The notes under the pieces are model-generated. The model was not told the origin of the DNA. It did not search any database and saw nothing but the letters and a program-made list of their open reading frames with translations. The position numbers and the translations under genes were made by a program. From a virus (Duplodnaviria; Caudoviricetes), in IMG/VR virus record IMGVR_UViG_2861295632_000001: a stretch of 64,000 nucleotides of DNA; one strand, given 5' to 3'. Positions 27,945 to 37,354 of the stretch are shown in pieces. Positions within the stretch are counted from its first letter, which is position 1. Every line of letters starts with the position of its first letter.

Positions 27945-28355
27945 TCAGCTGTGGGGCAGCTCGGCCACGTACGCGGGGCCGCCGTCGAGCGGCTCCAACA
28001 GCAGCTTGGCGCGGTAGCCCATGCGGTGGGCAGTGTCCCCGACCGTGCTCATGTACAGGTTGGCGTCCTCGGCCTCGATCTGCGAGACCCGGCCCGAGGT
28101 CATCCCCCAGGCTTCCCCCGCCTTGCGGACCGTCAGCCCCTGGGCCGTGCGGATGGCCTTGAAGGCGGCCCCGGCGCTGCCCAGGACCACGGCGGCCGCG
28201 ATCTCGCCCGGGGTCATCTCCACGAAGCGGTCCGGCGGGAGCGTGCCGCCGGAAGCCTCCTGGCCCTCGGCCTCGTTCAGCAGCGCCAGGTAGTCGGCAT
28301 CCGGCAGTTCGTCCAGGCCGAGCGTGTCTTTCCATTGCTGTGCGGTCTTGGGCAT
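27945..28355 (-). CDS. HTH (XRE/HigA-like) antitoxin
   Basis: AFKAIRTAQGLTVRKAG...MTSGRVSQIE; downstream of the toxin. Confidence 0.82.
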   Translation of the reverse strand: MPKTAQQWKDTLGLDELPDADYLALLNEAEGQEASGGTLPPDRFVEMTPGEIAAAVVLGSAGAAFKAIRTAQGLTVRKAGEAWGMTSGRVSQIEAEDANLYMSTVGDTAHRMGYRAKLLLEPLDGGPAYVAELPHS

Positions 28356-28367
28356 ACGGTTCCCCCT

Positions 28368-28718
28368 TCAGGAATCGGCCTTCCAGGCCTGGAGCGCGGT
28401 CTTGAGGGCGGGGCCGGGCGCGTCGCCTTCTTTGGTCTCGGCGCTGGCGATCACGATCTCACCCGTGGGGCGGAAGAAGAAGTACACGCGGGTTCCGCCC
28501 TTGATGCCGCCGCGTGCGTGGGTCTTGAGTTCCCAGATGGGCAGCGCCTTGAGCTTCTTGGCGTAGCTGCTGCCCGCGCCGTGGGCGTGCAGGTCGGTCA
28601 GCATCACGATGGCCGCGTCCACTGCTGCCTGCTGGCCCGCCGCCACCATGTCCAGCAGGTCGTCGATCACGGCGGGCCGCTGGGCCTGAGGGCGGAGGTA
28701 GAGGACCAGGGCGGGCAT
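28368..28718 (-). CDS. RelE/ParE-superfamily (HigB/Gp49-like) toxin
   Basis: KKLKALPIWELK...RVYFF...IVIASA..K; toxin-first order. Confidence 0.8.
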   Translation of the reverse strand: MPALVLYLRPQAQRPAVIDDLLDMVAAGQQAAVDAAIVMLTDLHAHGAGSSYAKKLKALPIWELKTHARGGIKGGTRVYFFFRPTGEIVIASAETKEGDAPGPALKTALQAWKADS

Positions 28719-28753
28719 GTGCTTACTATAGGCTAAGCAAAAGGCTTTGTCAA
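28719..28753 (-). promoter_or_regulatory. sigma70-type leaderless promoter of the TA operon, with overlapping inverted repeat
   Basis: Minus strand TTGACA-N17-TATAGT-N6-ATG; TGCTTA...TAAGCA inverted repeat (28720-28739) spans the -10. Confidence 0.8.
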
Positions 28754-28818
28754 GCCAATGCTAAGCAGATGACTTAAATGTGTTATGCCCAACAGGGACA
28801 GGAGCTTAAGCTGGCGGC

Positions 28819-29403
28819 ATGAGCCTGGACCCCGAGACAAAGGCCCGGATTGAAGCCGAAGAAGCGTATCGAGCAGAGGTGCGTGCTCGGCCTCAGGGCA
28901 AACCGCCGACACATAAGGGACGCCAGAACGGCATCTTGCTGCTTGTATTGGGCATCATCGCCGCTCTGTACTTCCTGGGATCAGGGCTGCCTCGGGGCCT
29001 GACTTCGGCCCTCCCTGCCCCACAGGGTGACCCGGTGGGAATTGAGGTGCAGGCTCAGGCCACACCAGACAATTATGGAGTAGACCTCTTTGTCACCTTG
29101 AAAGACGCTGGGGGGCAAGAAGTTGCTGCCGCGGGGAACGCTGTCATTGCGGTGTACTCGCGCGATTACACCGAGCCGGAGCAAGTTCTATGGAGCAAGA
29201 GCGTCGGCGTCCGCACCGACCAGTTTTCTCGGGGAACGCGCGGCCAAGGTGCTTTCGAGCGGGACGCCGTTTTTGCCGAACTGGCCTCGGTAACGACCGC
29301 GGAACTGCGGCGGGAATCCGGTAAGGCGATCGATATTCGTGTGCGCTACATCCTGCTGGACGACACCGTGCTCGAAGCCAAAGAGATTGCTTTTCTTCCA
29401 TAA
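28819..29403 (+). CDS. single-pass membrane protein (moron)
   Basis: KARIEAEEAYRAEVR N-terminus; TM ILLLVLGIIAALYFL; TAAGCT-N6-ATG; lower GC. Confidence 0.75.
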   Translation: MSLDPETKARIEAEEAYRAEVRARPQGKPPTHKGRQNGILLLVLGIIAALYFLGSGLPRGLTSALPAPQGDPVGIEVQAQATPDNYGVDLFVTLKDAGGQEVAAAGNAVIAVYSRDYTEPEQVLWSKSVGVRTDQFSRGTRGQGAFERDAVFAELASVTTAELRRESGKAIDIRVRYILLDDTVLEAKEIAFLP

Positions 29404-29427
29404 CATCTGATTACCCACACTCCACTA

Positions 29428-29451
29428 CCGCCCTTCGGGGCGGCTTTTTCT
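29428..29451 (+). terminator. intrinsic terminator
   Basis: CCGCCC-TTCG-GGGCGG-CTTTTTCT. Confidence 0.75.
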
Positions 29452-29471
29452 TGCCCCCGAGGAGGTGGCTC

Positions 29472-32400
29472 TTGACGCAGTCCTCAAAGCGCACCGTGGT
29501 CTATAACTTGCGCCCCAACGTCACTGGAATTCCCGGGCTCAAGCGCTTTGAGGAGAGCCTGGAGAGAATCCTGGGCGTCCAGACCAAGCTCCAGCAGCAA
29601 GGGGACGTGGTGCGGGGACTGCGGGACCAGACGGCCGCCGTGGTCGCCGCTGCCCAGCAGGAGGCGCAGGCCAACCGCGCTGTCGACCAGCAGGCCCGGC
29701 AATCGCGCCAGCAGCGCCGGGCTGAGGAACGCGCGGCCATCGCCCAGAAAAAGGCTGACGACAACAGCTACCAGCAGTGGTGGAAGCAGCAACTGCGCGA
29801 GCAGGAGCAGAGCGAGCGCCGGGCACACCAGGAAGGGGTTCAAAGGCTCCGCGACCGGGCAGCGACGGCGGCCCTCAACGCGCGCCTCTCCTCACAGGCC
29901 GAGAAGCTCGCGCAGCAGGAACTCCGCGCCACCATCCGCGAGCTGGACAACGAGCAAAAGAGCCTGCGGGCGGTGTGGCAGATCGGCAAGCTGGTCGGCC
30001 CTGACCTAGTGCAGATGCAGCGGGACGTTCAGCGCCGCGCGCTGGAGGCGGCCAGCGCCCTCGACAAGCAGTCCGACGCCTACCGGCGCCTGATGGGCGT
30101 GGCCGCCGCCTCTCAGCGCACCCAGGACCAGGCCACCGGACGCATCACCCCCGGCAGCCTGAGCCACGGCGTCGTGAACGGGATTCAGCAGAGCGGCCTG
30201 TTCACCCAGCTGGCCGCGGCGTCCGGTGTGGGTGCAGCGGCACAGAACCTGGGGTTGGTCGCCAGCAACTTCGCGCTGGCGAAGAACAACGCCCTGCAAT
30301 TTGCGGGGGCGAGTAACACGGCCGCCACGGCTGCCGGGTTCATGAGCGCGGCTGGCGCTGGCCTCGCCGTCGGGCTGGGTGCGGTCGGCGTGGGCTTCGT
30401 TTCTCTCGGGAAGGTCGGTCTGGAGCAGACCAAGATTCTGGAGCGGGGCCTGAACACGCTCCAGGCGAGCGGCGTGCAGGACCTGGAGGGCTTCCAGACC
30501 CAGGTCAAGGCGCTGAAAGAGGATCTGGGCACCGTGGGCAAAAGCCTGAGCCTGGCGACCCTCACGGCCTCAGCCGCTGAGCTGGTGAAGGCCAACCTCA
30601 GCGCGGGCGATTCGCTGACCGTGCTCGCGGCCAGTTCCAAGCTCGCGGCCGCCGAGAACACCAACCTGAACGACACCAGCGCCCAGCTGCTGATGAACAC
30701 CCGCCAGTACGGGCTGGAAGTCAGCGAGTCCGCGCGGGTGGCCGACATGTTCGCCAAGGCGGGCAATCTGGCCGCCGGGACCGCGAACGACCTGAGCCTG
30801 GGCTTCGGCAAGGTGGGCGGCACGGGCCTGCAGGCAGGCATCGAGATGAACGACCTGCTGGGCATGCTGGTCGAGCTGGACCTCAAGGGGATGCGCGCGG
30901 CCGACGTGGGCGCCGACGCGCTGCGCACGGCGCTGTCCAGCCTGAGCGACGTGACCGAGAAGGGGCAGGGCATCCTGAGGGAACTCGGCGTCGAGATCGA
31001 CGACGCCTCTGGCAAGGCGCGTCCGGCGGGCGACGTCATGGCCGACCTGGGCGAAAAGATGCGCGGCATGGGCATCACGGTGAACAAGAACACCGGTGAG
31101 CTGGAAGGAAACGGCGAGGCCCTGCGCACCGTGGCGGGGCTGATGGACACCCGAGCAGCGGCGGCCGTCATCAACCTGACTGGCGAATGGCGCACGCACG
31201 GCCAGACCATCAAGGACAGCGAGGAATACGCCACCGAGTACGCCAACACGATGAGCCAGGGTGTCGAACCCGCGCAGAAACGGCTGAAGACCGCCTTCGA
31301 GGACACCGGGCTGGCCCTCGCCAAGAGCTTCGCGGGTCCGCTGGCAGATTTCCTCGATCAGGTCCTCTCTCCGGCGGTGACGCGCCTGGGTGAGTTCTTC
31401 ACCAAGCTGACCGACATCAAGAACCTGGGCGAGATCCTCGTGAAGGTGCGGCTGGAGGCGGGCGACGACGGCACGACGCAGGTGCTCAAGCTGCTTACTG
31501 CTCCCGTCACCATCCCCCTGGGGCTGGGTGCTCAGGCCGGGCAGCTGCTGAACGTCGACCAGCTGCAGCAGGCCCTGATCAAGGGCGGCATTCTGGAACA
31601 GCAGCGGACGCCCTGGGCGATCCTGGCTCAGTTCAAGGAGGTCGCCAACAACTACGAGAAGTACCTGAAGATGGCTTACGAGGCGGACGCCCGCTGGAAG
31701 GATGCGCAGTCCAGCAACCCCCTGGTCACGGGTCCATCCGTCACGCTCAACCGCATTCCGGAAAACACCCTCACCGGGGCCGGGCCGCTGTCGCCCGGGC
31801 AGACGCGCGCCCTCGACGGAGCGGTGTCTGGCCTGGTGGGTGCCCTGGGCCTGGCGGGGCGGGAAATCCTCAACGAATTCGGGGTCAGCGGGAAGGATTA
31901 TCACCACGACGGCGCTGTGCGCGCCGATGCGGTGCACAACGGGATCGACCTCGGTGCTCCGCGCGGCACGGCCATCCTCAGCCCCTTCGCCGGGGCCTTG
32001 AGCGTCCGCGAGGACACCAAGAACGGCAAGGTGTTCGAGCTGCTCGACGCGGCCGGGAACAAGCTGGTCGGTATTCACCTGGACCAGTTCGACGCCGAGG
32101 TTCTCAAGGCCCTCCGAGCGGGCGGCGGCAAGGCGCTGATCCTCAAGGGCCAGCGCATCGGCACGGTGGGGAATACGGGCACGACGGCGGGAAGTGCCCC
32201 CCATTTGCATCTGATGGGGTACGCCGCGGGCAGCAGCACGCCCATCGACCCCCGCACCATCCCCTTTGTCGGCGGCGCTCCGGCCAGTGCCGCGAGACCC
32301 ACCTCCCCCGCTCCCACGCCTGCCGCTACCCCATCCCCCGAGGATGTCCGCAAAAGCGTACAGGCCAGGATCGACGACATCCTCGCGCGGGTCGATCTCA

Positions 32401-35400
32401 AGCTGATCACCGCGCCCGCAGCCATCAAACAGATCGCCCAGATCCGGGACGAGGCTGAACAGACGGCCCGGTCGATGCAGCAGAAGGGCACCAAGGGCTG
32501 GCAAGACTACGCGGCCAGCATGAAGGCCGCGCAGGGGGTCATCGACGGGCTGAAAAAGGGCACCGGTGGAGCGAAAGACGTGCTGGGCGCACTCTCGACC
32601 CAGTTCGAATACGCCGGGAAGACCGGCCTCCCCGCCTATATCAACGGGCTGCGAGCTTACATCGCCCAGCAGGACAAGGCCGCCCAGAGCACGAAAAACA
32701 CACAGGACCGCCTCGACGCGATGGCGAACGTCAACCGTGCCCGGCAGATGCTGGAAGACGCGACCAAGCCCCGCAAGGGTCCAGTCAGCGTCAGTGACGC
32801 CGACATGGCGAAGTTTCGCAAGGGGGCCGAAGAGGTCATCCGGCTGGAAAAAGGTCTGGAGACCAGCACGAACGTCGACTGGCGACGCCGGGCCGCCAAC
32901 CGCATCGCGGCCTACAACGCCCAGGGAGAGGCGGCTCAAGGCGTGCTGGCCGTGCTTCAGGGCACGGCGAAGACGGAAGCCCAGCTCGCGGACGAGTCCA
33001 CCCGCCGCGAGCAGGCGCGGGCCTCCGCGCTGCGCACCATCAGTCAGGGGGTCCAGAAAGGAAAAGAGGACGACTTCAAGCGTGCCCTGGCGAGCCTCAA
33101 AGCCTCTCAGGCCGAGGAACTCGCCCAGGAGGGTCTGACCGCTGCCCAGCGCGAGCAGATCGTCCGGCGCACGGGACCGGCCATCCTGCGGGCCACCTAC
33201 GCGCTGAACGCCTCGATCAAAAAAGGCAAGGAGGACGAGGCCGAAGCCTGGCGCACCAGCGAGCAGGCCAAGGCGCTGACCGCCAGCGAGGTCAACGCCG
33301 AGGTCAAGCGGCTGCGGGACGCTGCCCGCACCGAGGAGAGGACCAACAACCAGACCGCCCAGCGCGAGCAGGCCTCGGCTGCCCGCCTGGCCGGTCGCAC
33401 ACGCGTGCAGGAGGAAAGGCAGCTGGCCGCCGAGCTGGCAGGCCTGAGGACCAAGGCCGCCCAGGCCACGGCCGACCGTCTGAAAAGCATCGAGGATGGG
33501 CAGATCGCCCGTGCCCAGGGCAATGCCCAGCGCCAGCTGGACTTGACCCGCGAGTTCAGCCAGGCGCAGTTCAACCGCCAGCAGGCCATCCTGCTCGCCG
33601 AGAAGAAACAGGCCTACGCCAACGCTGCTGGTAAGCCCAACCAGGGGGCGCTGGAGGCGGCCGCCGATGCCGATTTCCTGCGCGACCTCGAAACGGCCCG
33701 CCAGGCCCGCTTGAGCGCCGTCCGGAGCGCCCAGAAGGCGGTGGAACAGGAGGAGGAAGGTGCCCGCCAGAGGCGGCTGGCACGCGAGAAGATCGTCAAT
33801 CAGCGCTTGGCTGAAGGGGCGGAGGCCGCCCGTCAGGCCAATATCGAGGACGCGCGGCTCGCCCAGAGCGAGATCGAGGCCCTGCGCGATCAGGATCTCC
33901 TGAACGCCAAGGGCAACGTGACCGAGCAGGTGCGGCTCCAGCGCTACTACGCCGAGCAGGTCCGCCTGGCCCGGCGCGCGGTGGCCGACGCGATTTATGC
34001 CGACCGGGCACGCGACCTCGACAACGAGTACGCGAACAGGCCCGACGACCCCATGAAAGCCCGCCTGCTGGGGCAGGCCGGGGCCGCCCGCCAGCAGGCC
34101 TACGATGCGGCCGACCGCGACGCTGGCAACCAGGTCAACGCAGCTCTGGATACCCAGACCGAGAAGGTCCGCGAGTTGCGCAGCCAGTACAGCCAGCTGG
34201 CCGACTCGATCCGCGACAAGGTCAAGGCTGGAAGCTTCGATGAGGAGGCGCAGGAAGCGGCGGCGACGGCCTTCGATCAGCTGGCCGTCTCCGCTGGAGC
34301 GGCTGGTGTCGCGGGCAACAGCTACCTCGCCGTGGCCCGTCAGAGCGTGCAGGCGGCGCTCGACGCGGGCCGGGCGGCCGAGACCCAGCGCCTGGCCCTG
34401 GCCGATCTGGACCGCGAGCAGGAAGACTTCATCGCCCGGCAGGATGCGGCTGCTGACAGTGCTATCGAACTCGCCGACAGCCTGGTTGAGGCTGGGAGCA
34501 CCACCGATGGCCTGATGCTGCTCACTACCACCCTCGACGAGCTGATGGCCGCCGCGGGGGAAGGCCCGATCAGCGGGGAGGCCGTGAGCAAGCTGGCCGC
34601 CGCGATGGAACGGCTCAACCTCGCCGCCAGCAAGACCAACCTGAACGACGCGGCCGCCTGGCTCGCCGCCTTCAAGGGCGTGGGCGACACGGTGGCGGCG
34701 GCCGAGTCCAGCTTCACCCAGGGGGGTGCGGAGGCCACCGCCCAGCAGGGGCAGAACGATCAGATCGGGTCCCTCTTCCAGGGGGGAGCGGGGAACGTCG
34801 CGCGCTTCCTCCTGGGGACGGACGGGCAGGGCTTCGCCGAGGCCTTCTGGTTCGACTTCTCCGAGGCGAGCCAGGGGGCGTTCATGCAGGGTCTCGGGCA
34901 GCTGGACACCGAGGCGCTCGCCGGACTGGGCACCGACATGCTCCAGCGGTTGCTCGACGGCATGGGCGACGACGCGGCCTGGGACAGCTGGCGGGCACAG
35001 GTGCAGGGGGCCATGACCCGCGCGCTGGAGCTGAAGAGCACCGACGCCGGGTACGCGGACCTAGGGGCGGTGCTCGATCAGTTCGAGGCGCTCGACAGCC
35101 GGGCCGAGGGCTACAGCGCCACCTTGAGCGACCGGCTCCTCCCCGAGCTGGAGCGCATCCGGGACGCCGCCACCGACCCGGCCCTGAAGGACATGGCCGA
35201 GAAGGCCATCGGTTACCTGAACGGTGAGGTCGAGGCGGCCCGCGAGCTGGTCAGCGTGCTGGGGCAGGTCAAACTCTCCCAGCTCGACCGATTGAAAGCC
35301 AGCGGCGGCATCGGCGAGCAGGCCTACATCGACCAGCGCCACGTCCTGCTGGTCGAGCAGGAAAACGCCCGCTACCGACTGGACATTCAGGGCAAGACCG

Positions 35401-37250
35401 GCAAGGCCTTGGAGCTGGCGGAGGCCCAGCATCAGATCAACCTGGGCAACATCGTCGCGGACGGCATGCAGGCCACCCAGCAGCTCACGTGGAGAATCCA
35501 GGACGAGACGCGCCAGGTGATCCGCGAGAGCGAGCAGGCCGATCTCGAATACCGCCGCAGCACCGGGCTGATCGGTGAGCGGGCCTACATCGACGCCCGC
35601 CACCAGCAGCAGGTGCAGGCGGCCCGGGACGAGTTCAACGTCCGGGTCCGGACCCTGCAAGCGGGTGAACCCGCCTATGTGGCGGCGGAACTGGCCTTGC
35701 AGGTCAAGCTCGGGCAGATCACCCGTCAGGGCATGACCGACCAGCAGGCGCTGACGGATCGCCTGGAGGCGCAGGCCCGCCAGCGGCGCCAGCAGGAGGC
35801 GGTGGCCGATCTCGATCACCGCCGTTCCCTGGGCCTGGTGGGCGAGCGGGCCTACCTCGAGGAGCGTCAGCGCCTGGCCGAGGCGGCGGCCCGCGAGGAG
35901 TTCGCGGCCCGGGTCGCCAAGATGGAGGAGGGAGGCGACGAGTACCGCGATGCGGAGGCCCAGCTACAGGCCGACCTGACGGCGATCACCCGCCAGGGGG
36001 TGCTGGACCGGATCGCGCTGGAGCAGCAGCAACTTCAGGCGTTTATCGGCGGCCTGGACCAGCTGGGCGGCGCGCTGGAATCGGCTGGAGCGGGCTGGGG
36101 GGTGTTCCTGAAGTTTGCTGGGCAGGGGATAGACCTGTTCGGCAAGTTCCAGGCGAACCTAAAAGACCTCCGCAGCGCCTTCAACGGTGGCAGTCTCTTC
36201 GACAAGCTGGGCGCCGTGGGCGGCACGCTGGGGCTGGTGGCGACCGGCATCAACCTGGTAGGCCAGCTGGGCGACGCGATTCTGAACCTGTCCCCTGGGT
36301 TCAGGGCCTGGAAGACCAACCTGCTGGAGGTGGCGGAAGCCCAGAAAAAAGCGCTGAGCATCGACGCCGGGGGCTTCAATAGCCCCTGGGCCAAAGCACT
36401 CGAGCAAGACGCGGCCAACCGCGAGAAGCTGGCGAACGCGGGCTTCTGGAAGCGCGTCTGGTGGGGCCTGACCGGCAGCGCCCCGCAGGTCATGAAGACC
36501 GAGAGCGCCAAGCTGATGGCCGAGCTTCAGACCATCTTCGCCAACCTCGGTTCCGGCCTCAGCAACATCTTTCAGTCCAGCATGTCCGACGCCTTCCTGA
36601 AGGGCGACATGACGAGCTGGGCGCAGAATTGGAGCAAGACGTTTGACCAGCAAGTCGGGCAACTGATCCTCAAGACGATGGTGGACGCGGCCCTGAAGGA
36701 GGGGGCGGTGGCCGCCGACCTCGCCGAGCTGACCAAGGCGATCCAGGAACAGCGTTACAACGACATCCCCGCCATCATCGAGCGCATCCGGGCGAACGCT
36801 GGCGCAGCGATGTCACCCATTGTGTCGGTAGCCCCAAGCCTGCCCGGTTTCGGCAGCGGGAAAGACACCTCCTCGGGAACCGGCACCAGCGACCCCGCCA
36901 GCAACCGACAGCAGGACGAACTCTGGTACCAGTACGAGCACGAGACGGACCCGGTCAAGAAGGCCGCACTCCGCAAGCAGCTGCAAGGGGGAAGCAGCGG
37001 AACTTCTGGTGGCAGCACCGTCACGATCACCCGCGAGGCGGTCCAGCCCGACTGGGCTGCCCTCACGGTCAGCATCACCCGGCTGGCGGATCGTGCGGAT
37101 CTCGAAATCCAGGCAGCCAACCTTCAGATGGAGGCCGCCCGCCTCCAGCGCGAAGCGGCGGGCATCAACGCCCAGGCTGCCGGAATGATCCTGATCGCCG
37201 CCGAGCGCCTGAGCGGGGGCACCAGCAGCCCCACACGCGCCGTGTTCTAG
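29472..37250 (+). CDS. tail tape measure protein (TP901-like core) with internal M23 peptidase domain
   Basis: ~2590 aa, Ala/Gln-rich helical; GGAGGTG SD then TTG 29472; M23 motifs HNGIDL and GNTG...PHLHL at ~31930-32215. Confidence 0.93.
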   Translation: MTQSSKRTVVYNLRPNVTGIPGLKRFEESLERILGVQTKLQQQGDVVRGLRDQTAAVVAAAQQEAQANRAVDQQARQSRQQRRAEERAAIAQKKADDNSYQQWWKQQLREQEQSERRAHQEGVQRLRDRAATAALNARLSSQAEKLAQQELRATIRELDNEQKSLRAVWQIGKLVGPDLVQMQRDVQRRALEAASALDKQSDAYRRLMGVAAASQRTQDQATGRITPGSLSHGVVNGIQQSGLFTQLAAASGVGAAAQNLGLVASNFALAKNNALQFAGASNTAATAAGFMSAAGAGLAVGLGAVGVGFVSLGKVGLEQTKILERGLNTLQASGVQDLEGFQTQVKALKEDLGTVGKSLSLATLTASAAELVKANLSAGDSLTVLAASSKLAAAENTNLNDTSAQLLMNTRQYGLEVSESARVADMFAKAGNLAAGTANDLSLGFGKVGGTGLQAGIEMNDLLGMLVELDLKGMRAADVGADALRTALSSLSDVTEKGQGILRELGVEIDDASGKARPAGDVMADLGEKMRGMGITVNKNTGELEGNGEALRTVAGLMDTRAAAAVINLTGEWRTHGQTIKDSEEYATEYANTMSQGVEPAQKRLKTAFEDTGLALAKSFAGPLADFLDQVLSPAVTRLGEFFTKLTDIKNLGEILVKVRLEAGDDGTTQVLKLLTAPVTIPLGLGAQAGQLLNVDQLQQALIKGGILEQQRTPWAILAQFKEVANNYEKYLKMAYEADARWKDAQSSNPLVTGPSVTLNRIPENTLTGAGPLSPGQTRALDGAVSGLVGALGLAGREILNEFGVSGKDYHHDGAVRADAVHNGIDLGAPRGTAILSPFAGALSVREDTKNGKVFELLDAAGNKLVGIHLDQFDAEVLKALRAGGGKALILKGQRIGTVGNTGTTAGSAPHLHLMGYAAGSSTPIDPRTIPFVGGAPASAARPTSPAPTPAATPSPEDVRKSVQARIDDILARVDLKLITAPAAIKQIAQIRDEAEQTARSMQQKGTKGWQDYAASMKAAQGVIDGLKKGTGGAKDVLGALSTQFEYAGKTGLPAYINGLRAYIAQQDKAAQSTKNTQDRLDAMANVNRARQMLEDATKPRKGPVSVSDADMAKFRKGAEEVIRLEKGLETSTNVDWRRRAANRIAAYNAQGEAAQGVLAVLQGTAKTEAQLADESTRREQARASALRTISQGVQKGKEDDFKRALASLKASQAEELAQEGLTAAQREQIVRRTGPAILRATYALNASIKKGKEDEAEAWRTSEQAKALTASEVNAEVKRLRDAARTEERTNNQTAQREQASAARLAGRTRVQEERQLAAELAGLRTKAAQATADRLKSIEDGQIARAQGNAQRQLDLTREFSQAQFNRQQAILLAEKKQAYANAAGKPNQGALEAAADADFLRDLETARQARLSAVRSAQKAVEQEEEGARQRRLAREKIVNQRLAEGAEAARQANIEDARLAQSEIEALRDQDLLNAKGNVTEQVRLQRYYAEQVRLARRAVADAIYADRARDLDNEYANRPDDPMKARLLGQAGAARQQAYDAADRDAGNQVNAALDTQTEKVRELRSQYSQLADSIRDKVKAGSFDEEAQEAAATAFDQLAVSAGAAGVAGNSYLAVARQSVQAALDAGRAAETQRLALADLDREQEDFIARQDAAADSAIELADSLVEAGSTTDGLMLLTTTLDELMAAAGEGPISGEAVSKLAAAMERLNLAASKTNLNDAAAWLAAFKGVGDTVAAAESSFTQGGAEATAQQGQNDQIGSLFQGGAGNVARFLLGTDGQGFAEAFWFDFSEASQGAFMQGLGQLDTEALAGLGTDMLQRLLDGMGDDAAWDSWRAQVQGAMTRALELKSTDAGYADLGAVLDQFEALDSRAEGYSATLSDRLLPELERIRDAATDPALKDMAEKAIGYLNGEVEAARELVSVLGQVKLSQLDRLKASGGIGEQAYIDQRHVLLVEQENARYRLDIQGKTGKALELAEAQHQINLGNIVADGMQATQQLTWRIQDETRQVIRESEQADLEYRRSTGLIGERAYIDARHQQQVQAARDEFNVRVRTLQAGEPAYVAAELALQVKLGQITRQGMTDQQALTDRLEAQARQRRQQEAVADLDHRRSLGLVGERAYLEERQRLAEAAAREEFAARVAKMEEGGDEYRDAEAQLQADLTAITRQGVLDRIALEQQQLQAFIGGLDQLGGALESAGAGWGVFLKFAGQGIDLFGKFQANLKDLRSAFNGGSLFDKLGAVGGTLGLVATGINLVGQLGDAILNLSPGFRAWKTNLLEVAEAQKKALSIDAGGFNSPWAKALEQDAANREKLANAGFWKRVWWGLTGSAPQVMKTESAKLMAELQTIFANLGSGLSNIFQSSMSDAFLKGDMTSWAQNWSKTFDQQVGQLILKTMVDAALKEGAVAADLAELTKAIQEQRYNDIPAIIERIRANAGAAMSPIVSVAPSLPGFGSGKDTSSGTGTSDPASNRQQDELWYQYEHETDPVKKAALRKQLQGGSSGTSGGSTVTITREAVQPDWAALTVSITRLADRADLEIQAANLQMEAARLQREAAGINAQAAGMILIAAERLSGGTSSPTRAVF

Positions 37251-37272
37251 CCCAGCAATCTCCAACTCCCAC

Positions 37273-37299
37273 AAGCCCCTGCCTCGCCGCAGGGGCTTT
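37273..37299 (+). terminator. terminator-like hairpin
   Basis: AAGCCCCTGC...GCAGGGGCTTT. Confidence 0.5.
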
Positions 37300-37354
37300 G
37301 CCGTGGCTGACCCCCAGCGGGCCAGCCGCCTCGGAAATTCCACTTTGAAAGGAG

